Shown here: positions 9,779-19,571 of the stretch, one piece after another
How the letters are laid out: each line of letters begins with the position of its first letter
Position numbering within the stretch: position 1 is the stretch's first letter
NCBI GenBank assembly: GCA_002441265.1
Contig: DJVQ01000036.1
Location: 37,057-101,056 of the forward strand
Reading direction: 5' to 3'
Length of the DNA stretch: 64,000 nucleotides
Origin: Syntrophaceae bacterium UBA6252
GTDB taxonomy: Bacteria; Desulfobacterota; Syntrophia; Syntrophales; UBA6807
Notes under the pieces: generated by a model
The model's input: only the letters and a program-made list of their open reading frames with translations
The model's database searches: none
Told to the model about the DNA's origin: nothing
Position numbers and translations under genes: made by a program

Positions 9779-10105
9779 TTATTCCTTCGGTGCCTTCTGG
9801 GTGACCGTGGCGATGTGATTTTTCGAAACCTTGACGCGGACCTTGTCCGCGATCTCTACGGTTACAATGGCGTCGGTGATGCCGGTGACCTTACCGTGGA
9901 GCCCCCCCACGGTGACCACCATGTCCCCGTGGCCCAGGCTGCCCAGCATGTCCTTGACCGCTTTCTGCCTTTTCTGCTGCGGCCGGATGAGCAGGAAATA
10001 GAAGATGGCGAAAATGGCCGCCATGAGGATGATGAAATGGTATTCCCCGCCCGGCGCCGTACCGCCCTGTCCCCCAGCACCCATTGCATACGCAATGCCG
10101 ATCAT
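9779..10105 (-). CDS. yajC: Preprotein translocase subunit YajC
   Basis: 108 aa. Single TM helix followed by RPQQKRQK and GDMVVTVGGLHGKV motifs. Confidence 0.9.
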   Translation of the reverse strand: MIGIAYAMGAGGQGGTAPGGEYHFIILMAAIFAIFYFLLIRPQQKRQKAVKDMLGSLGHGDMVVTVGGLHGKVTGITDAIVTVEIADKVRVKVSKNHIATVTQKAPKE

Positions 10106-10108
10106 GAT

Positions 10109-11422
<1,314 letters not shown>

Positions 11423-11424
<2 letters not shown>

Positions 11425-12460
11425 AGAGAATGAGCATGGCGTCGCCGTAACTGTAAAACCGGAATCCCTCCTCGACGGCCCGCCCGTATGCCCGGAGCAT
11501 GAGTTCCCTCCCGGCGAAGGCGCACACGAGGAGGAACAGGGAGGACCGGGGAAGGTGAAAATTCGTGAGGAGCCGGTCCACCCGGCGGAAGGGGAAGCCC
11601 GGGTAAATGTACAGATCGGTGGAACCGCGGAGGGAGAGGGGCCCTCCCGGATTGCGGAAGACCGTCTCGATCACCCGGGTGGACGTGGTCCCCACGGCGG
11701 TGACCCGCCGCGCCTCCCGGAGCCTTTCCAGGGTCTCCTCCGTCATTTCGAACGATTCCGGTTCCATCCGGTGTTCCTCCACCATTTCCGTTTCCACGGG
11801 CTGGAACGTTCCCAGCCCCACGTGAAGGGTGATCCGGGCCGTTTCCGCGCCCCTTCTCCCGATTTCCCCGAGGGTTCTCTCCGTGAAATGAAGCCCCGCC
11901 GTGGGGGCGGCGACGGAGCCGGCCACCCTGGCGTACACCGTCTGGTACCGCTCGAGATCGAGGCCGCGGAGCCCCTCCTTTCCCGTCCTCCGGATGTAGG
12001 GGGGAAGGGGCGCCTGTCCCTCCCGCTCGAGGAAGCGCTCGAAGGGCTCCCCGGTGTCGAAACGGAGCACCCAGCACTTCGGCGACACCCTCGAAATCAC
12101 TTCCGCCCGGGGGCGGCCGGTGAAATAAAGCCTTGTGCCTTCGCGGACCCTCTTCCCCGGCCGGAGGAGCACCTCCCACTCGCAGGAATCGACGGAATCG
12201 GAGATCTTCCGCAGGAGGAGGATTTCGACGGCGCCCCCCGATTCCTTCCGCGCGGCGAGCCGTGCGGGGATGACCTTCGATTCGTTCAGAACGAGGAGAT
12301 CGCCCGGCCCGAAGTACTCCGCCACGTCGGGAAAAGTCCGGCAGGCGACGGTTCCCGTCGCCCGGTGGACCACCATGAGCCGGGAACCGTCCCGGTCGGG
12401 AAGGGGGGTCTGGGCGATGAGCGCCTCGGGAAGGGGAAAATCGAAATCCTGGAGTCTCAT
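11423..12460 (-). CDS. queA: S-adenosylmethionine:tRNA ribosyltransferase-isomerase
   Basis: The longest ORF is over-extended to 12655. The ATG at 12460 gives 345 aa starting MRLQDFDFPLPEALIAQTP, a canonical QueA N-terminus. Confidence 0.93.
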
Positions 12461-12480
12461 GGGTGCGCCGGGAAAGGGGT

Positions 12481-12669
12481 TCATCCCCTTCTTGCAAAGA
12501 AAACGAGGACGAGCCCGCCGAGGACGGCCAGCAGACCGAAAACCCGCAACTGTCCGTCGGAGAACTCCATGACCTTGAGGAGATACGATTTCATCCGTTC
12601 GGGACTGATGAACCAGGGAAGCCCTTCCAGGAAGAGCACGAGCCCGAGGGCGCAAAGAAACAGTTCCAT
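12481..12669 (-). CDS. DUF2065-like small membrane protein
   Basis: 62 aa with two hydrophobic helices (MELFLCALGLVLFLEGLPWFISP...). Packed with zero gap after the mazG stop. Confidence 0.7.
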   Translation of the reverse strand: MELFLCALGLVLFLEGLPWFISPERMKSYLLKVMEFSDGQLRVFGLLAVLGGLVLVFFARRG

Positions 12670-13482
12670 TTACTTTCGCGGGATTCCTTCTTCCTTTTTA
12701 TATTGGTCCCACAGGGCGTCCATCTCCTCCAGGGTCGACGACCGGGGGTCCTTTCCCCGCTCCTTCAGGGTCTTCTCGATCCGAAGGAAACGGCGGACGA
12801 ATTTGTCCGTCGCCTCGTGGAGCGCCTCCTCCCCGTCTGCGGGGAGAAACCGGGAAAGGTTGACCAGGGAGAAGAGAAGGTCCCCGATCTCCTCCCTCTC
12901 GGCCGGCGGGGAGCCCGATTCCACGGCTTTTTCCAGTTCCCCCAGCTCCTCCCGGACCTTTTCCAGGACCCCCCGTTTGTCCTTCCAGTCGAATCCCACC
13001 GCCGAGGCCCGCTCCGTGACGGCCCGGGCGCGGCGAAGGGCGGGCAGGGAGCGGGGGATGCCGTCGAAGAAGCCCGCCGTTTTCTCCTTCTTCTCGCGGG
13101 CCTTGATGGCCTCCCAGTTTTCCCGGACCTCCTCCACGGAATCGACCCGGACGTCCCCGAACACGTGGGGATGCCGGCGGATCATCTTTTCCGAGATTCC
13201 CCGGAGAACGTCCTCCAGGGTGAATTCGTTTTCCTCCTCATAGAGGCGCACGAGAAAAAGGATCTGGAACAGGAGATCGCCCAGTTCCTCCCGGGCCTCT
13301 CCGGGGTCGCCCCCGCGGACGGCGTCCACCGCCTCGCAGGCCTCGTCCTGCAGGTACCGGAGGAGATCTTCCTTCCGCTGCTTCCGGTCCCAGGGGCAGC
13401 CTCCGGGCGACCGGAGCCTCCCGATGATTCCCAGAAGGGCGTCGAGAGAGCCTCCGGAAGGCCTGTTTCGATCTTTTTCCAT
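12670..13482 (-). CDS. mazG: Nucleoside triphosphate pyrophosphohydrolase MazG
   Basis: Tandem MazG domains (CPWDRKQ, EEAYE-like EACEAVDA, second repeat EELGELEKAV). The start chosen at 13482 gives 270 aa; upstream in-frame ATGs also exist, so the start is uncertain. Confidence 0.85.
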   Translation of the reverse strand: MEKDRNRPSGGSLDALLGIIGRLRSPGGCPWDRKQRKEDLLRYLQDEACEAVDAVRGGDPGEAREELGDLLFQILFLVRLYEEENEFTLEDVLRGISEKMIRRHPHVFGDVRVDSVEEVRENWEAIKAREKKEKTAGFFDGIPRSLPALRRARAVTERASAVGFDWKDKRGVLEKVREELGELEKAVESGSPPAEREEIGDLLFSLVNLSRFLPADGEEALHEATDKFVRRFLRIEKTLKERGKDPRSSTLEEMDALWDQYKKEEGIPRK

Positions 13483-13660
13483 CCTCCGCGATCCCGGTTC
13501 GTTCCCGTTTCTCAACATATTTACGGCGGGTCCTGAATAACACGGATTCCCTCCCCGTGTCAAAATGCAGTTCCCGAATAATTGCATCCTCCCCCCTGTT
13601 TCAACTTGATTTTTCGAGGTGAAGGTGTTAAGCAATCATGTTCTTAATGCTCGAAACTTG

Positions 13661-13821
13661 ACGAAGTCGTAAAAAGGCCGGTTCAACACTTTTTCGAGCG
13701 GCAAAGTAAAAAGCTCCAGAGGCAAGGCGCCCGAATCCCGACGAATGAGACGTACTGATGGTACGCCAAAGGGTCGAGGGAAGAAGGGCAACGCAGCATA
13801 TGGGCTTTTTACGAAGCCGTC
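13661..13821. repeat. Rep-A interspersed repeat, type copy (161 bp)
   Basis: Ends ACGAAGTCGTAAAAAGG ... CCTTTTTACGAAGCCGTC form an imperfect terminal inverted repeat. It is flanked on both sides by AAACTTG (13654-13660 and 13822-13828). Confidence 0.85.
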
Positions 13822-13927
13822 AAACTTGCGTCATGGAGCGTAATGAACAGGCGTCTTTTTTTCAAGGAAGGGCGTGAAGGAGCGTTGGATAAATTGCGCA
13901 GTGATCAGAAAGGAGGAGGATGCGTTT

Positions 13928-15601
13928 ATGGCTGAAGAAAGAAAGAAGATGACCCGGGCCGAACGGCTCGAGGCGGAAAGGGAAGCCAACCTCAAACACT
14001 GGCTGGAGCAGGACGAGCTTCTCTTCAAACACAGGGAAGAATCCTACGATATCGGCGGTCAGCCGCAGGTCGAACGGCTTGCGAAACAGAAAAAGAAACC
14101 GGTCAGACAGCTCATCACCCAGCTCGTTGACCCCGGCGAGGAATTCTTCGAAATCGGTCAGGATTGCGGCTACGACATCGGGAAGGTCCGTCTTTACGGC
14201 GGAGAAATCTACGACTCGGAGAAGAGGGGGCATATCCCCGGCGGCGGAATGGTGACGGGTGTCGGCAAGGTCCACGGCAAGGACTGCATGATTTTCGGAA
14301 ACGAGAACCGCTATGCCGCGGGCACCTACTTCCCCATCACCCTGAAGAAACACATGCGGGCCCAGGCGATCGCCGAGGCGAGCCGGCTGCCCTGCATCTA
14401 CATCGCCGACTCCGGCGGAATCAACCTGCCCCTCCAGGTGGGCTGCTTCGCCGATGACGGTCATTTCGGCTCCATGTTCTACAACATGTGCCGCATGTCC
14501 GCCATGGGAATCAAGCAGTACACCCTCTCCACGGGCGGGAACACGGCGGGCGGCGCCTACATCGTCTACCTCGCCACGGAATCGATCATGATCGAGAAGA
14601 TGTCCTTCGCCTTCCTGGCCGGCCCCCCCATGGTGAAGTCGGCCATCGGCGAAACCGTTTCCCCGGAAGACCTGGGCGGCGCCTACGTTCACACCCAGCA
14701 CTCGGGCGGTTGCGACCACTTCGTCCGGAGCCAGGATGAGGGGATCCAGAAACTCAGGGACATCATGGAGTTCGAGCCCTCCCAGTCGCTGTACACCGAC
14801 CGGAGGGAGACGCGGCCCCCCAAGTTCGACTACAAGGAAATGATGCGGGGCACCCCCGTCGACACCTACAAGTACATCAACATCAAGGACACCATCAAGT
14901 GTCTTGCCGACGACAGCTATTTCCATGAGTACAAACCCACCTACGGGCCCGGCCGCGGCGACGCGATCATCGCCGGGAAGATGTGGATGAAGGGTATTCC
15001 CGTGGGCGTCGTGGCTTCCAACGCCAGCGGCGTCATCTACATCGACGCGGCGAGAAAAGCCACCGAGTGGATGATCCGCTGCGGGAACTCGAACCTCCCC
15101 GTCCTCTTCCTCCAGGGCTCGCCTGGTTACATGGTGGGCAAGGCCGAGGAATGGGGCGGCATCGGCAAGTACGGTTCCGACATGGTCCGTGCGTGCTCCT
15201 GCCTCAAGAGCCCCAAGGTCACCTACGTCATCGGCCCCGACCACGGCGCCGCCAACTACGGCATGTGCGGCAGGGCTTTCCGTCCGAAATTCGCCTTCAC
15301 GAACATGAGAGGGCGCACGACCGTCATGTCCGGCGAAACGGCGGGCTTCATCGTGGAAACGGTCCGCAGGAAGAACATCATCGACAAGGGCCAGACGGTG
15401 GACGAAGAAGACATGAAGAAATTCCGCCAGATGATGAGAGACCGGTACGACGCGGAAGGGCATCCCTTCTACACCGGCTCCATCAATTTCCACGACGGCG
15501 TCATCGCCTTCAGCGAGGCCCGGGACAAGCTGGCGAGAGCGTTTGAAATCGCCCTTCGCGTGCCCGTCGAAAGCTCCGACTGGGGCGACCTCAAATTGTA
15601 A
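13928..15601 (+). CDS. Acyl-CoA carboxyltransferase (methylcrotonyl-CoA carboxylase beta / glutaconyl-CoA decarboxylase alpha family)
   Basis: 557 aa from the ATG preceded by AGGAGGAGGA. Two crotonase-like carboxyl-transferase halves (GGGMVTGVGKVHG, ADSGGINLP, GPDHGAANYGMCG). Confidence 0.88.
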   Translation: MAEERKKMTRAERLEAEREANLKHWLEQDELLFKHREESYDIGGQPQVERLAKQKKKPVRQLITQLVDPGEEFFEIGQDCGYDIGKVRLYGGEIYDSEKRGHIPGGGMVTGVGKVHGKDCMIFGNENRYAAGTYFPITLKKHMRAQAIAEASRLPCIYIADSGGINLPLQVGCFADDGHFGSMFYNMCRMSAMGIKQYTLSTGGNTAGGAYIVYLATESIMIEKMSFAFLAGPPMVKSAIGETVSPEDLGGAYVHTQHSGGCDHFVRSQDEGIQKLRDIMEFEPSQSLYTDRRETRPPKFDYKEMMRGTPVDTYKYINIKDTIKCLADDSYFHEYKPTYGPGRGDAIIAGKMWMKGIPVGVVASNASGVIYIDAARKATEWMIRCGNSNLPVLFLQGSPGYMVGKAEEWGGIGKYGSDMVRACSCLKSPKVTYVIGPDHGAANYGMCGRAFRPKFAFTNMRGRTTVMSGETAGFIVETVRRKNIIDKGQTVDEEDMKKFRQMMRDRYDAEGHPFYTGSINFHDGVIAFSEARDKLARAFEIALRVPVESSDWGDLKL

Positions 15602-15613
15602 GTTTCCAACAAG

Positions 15614-15649
15614 AAACGGCGGCGGAATCGATTTTCCGCCGCCGTTTTT
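15614..15649 (+). terminator. Hairpin plus T-tract between the carboxyltransferase and hydratase genes
   Basis: AAACGGCGGCGGA-loop-TCCGCCGCCGTTT followed by TTC; the stem is 13 bp. Confidence 0.5.
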
Positions 15650-15697
15650 CAAACCGTTCAACAGCTTTTTTTCATACGATAAAAAAGGAGCCCAGCC

Positions 15698-16498
15698 ATG
15701 GCAGACGTACTCTTACAGGAAAGGACGGACGACGGCATCCTGATCCTGACGCTGAATCGTCCCGATGCTATGAACTGTTTCAATTTCGATCTTCTCGCGG
15801 TGCTGGGAGAGGCCATCCGGGAAGCGAACTTCGATATGAATCTCCGGTGCATCGTCATCACCGGAGCGAAAGCGGGCGAAGAGCCCAAGAAGTGGTCCTT
15901 CTCCACGGGGGCGGACCTCAAGGAAAGACGGACGCTCTCCCAGGATCAGGTCCGCCGGTTCATCTTCACCATCCGGAACACCTTCACGGCGGTGGAGCAG
16001 GTCCGGGTTCCCGTCATCGCGGCTATCAACGGGTTTGCCTTCGGCGGCGGGACGGAACTGGCCCTCGCCTGCGACCTTCGGATCTGTTCGTCCAACGTCC
16101 TCATGGGACTGACCGAAACGAGCCTGGCCATCATTCCCGGCGCCGGCGGAACCCAGCGTCTTCCGAGAATCGTCGGGATGGCGAAGGCGAAGGAACTGAT
16201 CTACACGGCCCGCAGGATCGATGCGAAGACGGCCCTGGAAGTCGGCCTCGTGTGCAAGGTCGTGGAGCCGGACAAGCTCATGGATGCCGCCCTCGAACTG
16301 GCCCGGGAAATCGCGAAGAACGGCCCCATCGGCGTGGCCCAGGCGAAATTCGCCATCAACTACGGCATGGAAGCGAGCCTCGGCGTGGCACTGCCTCTCG
16401 AATCCAAGGCCTATGAAGTCACCATTCCCACGAAGGACCGCCTGGAGGCCCTGGCCGCCTTTGTGGAGAAGAGAAAACCCGTTTTCAAGGGTGAATGA
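15698..16498 (+). CDS. Enoyl-CoA hydratase (methylglutaconyl-CoA hydratase-like)
   Basis: 266 aa crotonase fold. AAINGFAFGGGTELALACD oxyanion-hole motif and GLTETSLAIIPGAGGTQRLPR. RBS AAGGAG. Confidence 0.9.
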   Translation: MADVLLQERTDDGILILTLNRPDAMNCFNFDLLAVLGEAIREANFDMNLRCIVITGAKAGEEPKKWSFSTGADLKERRTLSQDQVRRFIFTIRNTFTAVEQVRVPVIAAINGFAFGGGTELALACDLRICSSNVLMGLTETSLAIIPGAGGTQRLPRIVGMAKAKELIYTARRIDAKTALEVGLVCKVVEPDKLMDAALELAREIAKNGPIGVAQAKFAINYGMEASLGVALPLESKAYEVTIPTKDRLEALAAFVEKRKPVFKGE

Positions 16499-16544
16499 AC
16501 GAAGCGTTCGTCCTTGATTATAACAACGCAGGAGGAAGGATTTT

Positions 16545-17735
16545 ATGGCAACGGAATATGATTACTGGAAGATTTTCCCGAGAATGCCGAAAAAGGTAAG
16601 CATCGGGGACATCACAATCCGTGATGGGTTCCAGCATGAAGAGAGATTCATCTCGACCCAGGCGAAGATTTTCTATGGCCAGGAAAGCATTCTGGCGGGC
16701 TGCCGGGAGCTCGAGGTGACCAACATGGCCGCCGGCACGACCCCCCAGTTCGTGGACGGCGCCGAAGTCATGAAGGCGATGCGGAGCGACGAGTTCCGGA
16801 AACGGGCCTCCCGCCAGGGCATCGATCTGGACAAGGACGTCTGCCTGACGGCCGTGACGATCCGCGAGCCCTCGGTGGACAAGGCCATTCAGTGGAGGAA
16901 GGAAGGGTATGGTCCCGACCGTATCCTCATGATGGTTTCCACGGACCCGGAACACCATTTTGCCAATTCCGGATCCACCCTGACCCAGTACTGGCGCGAA
17001 GCGGAGAAGTGCATCAAGAAAGCCCGCGATGCCGGGATGAAGATGGTCGGCACCGTGAGCACGATCTGGGGAAGCCCCATCAGCGGCGCCACGAAACTGC
17101 AGGATGCCGTGGAGTTCACGAAGCGCTGGTTCGAAATCGGCGCCCATGACATCGAGCACGCCGACCACGACGGCTCGGCCAACGCCGCCGACGTGTACCG
17201 GTATTTCTCGATGATCCTCGACGCCATGCCGAACCCTGAAGCCCACCTGTGCCACCTCCATGAAACGAAGCGGGTTGCCTCGTCGTCCATCCTGGCGGCG
17301 CTCCATGCGGGGATCACCCGGTTCGAAGCGACCTTCGGCGGCCTCGGCGGCCAGCCGGCCAACTTCCTCGACGATTGTCCCATCCGGGGCACCGGCGAGT
17401 ACTACTATGACGATCCCCGGTATGTCGGTCTCATCTGCCTGGAAGACCTTCTCGTCCAGGTCGACGAACTCGGCATCGAGCACGGATATGACGTGGACCG
17501 CATCCTGTGGCTGGGCCGGAAGATGGAGAAGACCATCGGCCGCCGGCTCCGCTCCGAGGCGGTCATCAACGGCAGGACCCAGAAGGCGGGCCACATGAAG
17601 TTCGCCCGGCCGGGCCTGAAGAAACTCATCGATAAGCTGGGTGAGAAGCAGGGCCAGCGGGTTCCCCCCGACTGGAAGGCGGAAGCGGTTCTTCCCGAGA
17701 ACTGGGGTCCCTCGGATCCGCTCTGGAAGAAATAA
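16545..17735 (+). CDS. Divergent HMGL-like (DRE-TIM) lyase-family protein with a C-terminal extension
   Basis: 396 aa. It has IRDGFQHE, HLHET and GGLGGQP motifs; the corresponding lyase motif is GGLGGCP. Confidence 0.8.
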   Translation: MATEYDYWKIFPRMPKKVSIGDITIRDGFQHEERFISTQAKIFYGQESILAGCRELEVTNMAAGTTPQFVDGAEVMKAMRSDEFRKRASRQGIDLDKDVCLTAVTIREPSVDKAIQWRKEGYGPDRILMMVSTDPEHHFANSGSTLTQYWREAEKCIKKARDAGMKMVGTVSTIWGSPISGATKLQDAVEFTKRWFEIGAHDIEHADHDGSANAADVYRYFSMILDAMPNPEAHLCHLHETKRVASSSILAALHAGITRFEATFGGLGGQPANFLDDCPIRGTGEYYYDDPRYVGLICLEDLLVQVDELGIEHGYDVDRILWLGRKMEKTIGRRLRSEAVINGRTQKAGHMKFARPGLKKLIDKLGEKQGQRVPPDWKAEAVLPENWGPSDPLWKK

Positions 17736-17752
17736 CAGGGATGCAAGACAAC

Positions 17753-17780
17753 GGGCGGGGGAACGCCCCCGCCCGCTTTT
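17753..17780 (+). terminator. GC-rich hairpin plus T-tract after the HMGL-like gene
   Basis: GGGCGGGGG-AACG-CCCCCGCCC followed by GCTTTT. Confidence 0.55.
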
Positions 17781-17869
17781 AACCTGTGACGCGATCATTC
17801 GAGTGCCCCTTCGTTTTCCGTCGAGAGCACTCACGAATATGTGAAATAATGTTGAAGGAGGATGTTCCA

Positions 17870-18085
17870 ATGGCAGTTGAAGTCGTAGCCCCCATGCCCG
17901 GCACGATCGCCGAGATTCTAGTGGAAGTGGGAGACAATGTCAGGACCGATGAGGAACTCATCATTCTCGAGGCGATGAAGATGGAAAATCCCATCGTTGC
18001 CCCCGCCGACGGCACCGTCAAGGAAATCAAGGTTGCCGAAGAGGACAAGGTGGACACGAACCAGGTCCTGCTCGTCCTGGAGTAA
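17870..18085 (+). CDS. Biotin carboxyl carrier (biotinyl-domain-only protein, 71 aa)
   Basis: EAMKMEN biotinylation motif. The ATG at 17870 is preceded by GAAGGAGGA. The track ORF starts earlier, at 17786. Confidence 0.85.
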   Translation: MAVEVVAPMPGTIAEILVEVGDNVRTDEELIILEAMKMENPIVAPADGTVKEIKVAEEDKVDTNQVLLVLE

Positions 18086-18114
18086 TTTTTTTCAGGATAA
18101 AGGAGTCATCACGG

Positions 18115-18158
18115 TATGCCGGGAGGATCTGCACGGGTTCTCCCGGCATACTTGTTTC
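18115..18158 (+). terminator. Hairpin after the biotin carrier gene
   Basis: TATGCCGGGAG-N14-CTCCCGGCATA followed by CTTGTTTC, a weak U-tract. Confidence 0.45.
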
Positions 18159-18180
18159 AGGATACCGGTTGTCTTATAAT
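18152..18180 (+). promoter_or_regulatory. Candidate sigma70 promoter for the HMG-CoA lyase gene
   Basis: TTGTTT-N17-TATAAT, ending 33 nt upstream of the ATG at 18213. Confidence 0.4.
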
Positions 18181-18212
18181 GGTTCCCCGGGAAGAGGAAT
18201 CGCGGATCTTCA

Positions 18213-19151
18213 ATGGTTTCCATGACTGGAAAAAAAGAGAACATGCTGCCGGCGTCCGTGGCGATTCATGAGGTCGTTCTCAGGGACGGGATCCAGAACG
18301 AGCCCGTCCCGGTTCCGACGGACCGGAAACTCGACCTCCTGGACGGCCTCGTCCGTTCGGGGGTGGGCAGGATCGAACTCTCCTCTTTCGTCAATCCGCG
18401 CCTCGTCCCCCAGATGGCCGACGCGGAGGCTCTCTGGGAGCGGGTGGAGCGGCGTCCCGGCCTTCTTCTTTCCGCCCTGGTCCTCGGGGAAAAGAGCCTG
18501 GAACGGGCCATCCGATGCCGGGTTCCCCACGTGGGGATTTTCGTGTCCGCCAGCGAGACCCACAGCCTCCGGAACAGCAACCGCACGGTGGCGGAAGCGG
18601 CGGGCGAGGCGCTTCGCCTCATCGACAGGGCCAGGTCCCGGGGGATGCAGGTCCGGGCCGGCGTGATGAATGCCTTCGGATGCGCCTACGAGGGGGCGGT
18701 GCCCGTCGATCGCGTGCTCGGGCTCGTAGACCGCTTCATGACCCTTTCGCCGGACGAGATCTGTCTCGCCGACACCTCCGGCATGGGATATCCGGCGCAG
18801 GTGGGAGAGGTGATCGCCCGGGTCCGGGCCGTCGCGGGGGACGTCTCTCTGTCCCTTCACCTCCACAACACCCGGGGGCTCGGTCTCGCCAATCTCTGGG
18901 AGGCCCTTCGCCGGGGCGTGGCGATCTTCGACACCTCCCTGGGAGGTCTGGGGGGCTGTCCCTTCATCCCCGGGGCGAAGGGGAACATCGCCACGGAGGA
19001 TACGGTTCACATGCTCCATCTGTCGCATGTCGCCACGGGCATCCGCCTCGAATCCCTCGTCGAGGCGAGCCGGTCGTTCGAGTCCTTCATGAAGAAGGAA
19101 TTCCCCGCCATGATTCTTCACCTGCCGGACTCCGGCGCCTGCGAATCGTAG
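18213..19151 (+). CDS. Hydroxymethylglutaryl-CoA lyase
   Basis: 312 aa. LRDGIQNE, HLHNTRGLGLAN and GGLGGCPFIPGAKGN motifs. The start could be one of the downstream in-frame ATGs (M4 or M11). Confidence 0.88.
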   Translation: MVSMTGKKENMLPASVAIHEVVLRDGIQNEPVPVPTDRKLDLLDGLVRSGVGRIELSSFVNPRLVPQMADAEALWERVERRPGLLLSALVLGEKSLERAIRCRVPHVGIFVSASETHSLRNSNRTVAEAAGEALRLIDRARSRGMQVRAGVMNAFGCAYEGAVPVDRVLGLVDRFMTLSPDEICLADTSGMGYPAQVGEVIARVRAVAGDVSLSLHLHNTRGLGLANLWEALRRGVAIFDTSLGGLGGCPFIPGAKGNIATEDTVHMLHLSHVATGIRLESLVEASRSFESFMKKEFPAMILHLPDSGACES

Positions 19152-19211
19152 CCGATCCGCGCCCCCGGCCGCTCTTCGCCTGCGCGGGAACGCATGGCGG
19201 GACGTTGTTTC

Positions 19212-19523
19212 CGTAGTCCGGCCCTTCAGGGCCGGCGGTGCCTCGGGAGGAACGACGACCGCGGAGGGTCGCGGACGGTTTTCCAGCTCAGGAACCGCTT
19301 TTCGACGGTTCCTGATTTCTCGCTCCACTGCAACACCGCGGATTCGGCCTATGGGGCTTTTCCGGTTTGGACAAGCGGTGTTGCGGCCGTTTCGCTTCGA
19401 AAGGAACCGTGAGCGAAAAGGCGGTTATTCGCCTCCAAAACCGTTCCGCGACCCTTCACGGTGGTTGTTTTCAGGAGGGAACATCTATCGACCGTACCAC
19501 CGGCCCTGAAGGGCCGGGCTACA
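19212..19523. repeat. Rep-B interspersed repeat, full copy with a variant internal insert
   Basis: Ends CGTAGTCCGGCCCTTCAGGGCCGG ... CCGGCCCTGAAGGGCCGGGCTACA. The stem GCAACACCGC/GCGGTGTTGC is kept but encloses a different, longer loop sequence. Confidence 0.8.
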
Positions 19524-19571
19524 CGGGACAAAGACCGGTCGGTGCGGGCTCCGGCTCACGTATATCTTAAA

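Noticed and set aside
13661-13821. Rep-A copies as small protein-coding genes
   Set aside because: Copies differ by indels that shift the frame. The peptide similarity seen in the track ORFs arises in different frames and strands, and no start/RBS is conserved.
16545-17735. Assigning the HMGL-like ORF as a 5S transcarboxylase / oxaloacetate decarboxylase alpha carboxyltransferase domain
   Set aside because: Its motifs (RDGFQ, GGLGG) look like the HMG-CoA-lyase branch rather than the RDAHQS-type pyruvate carboxyltransferase branch. It also lacks a fused biotinyl domain. The idea is retained only as an alternative hypothesis.
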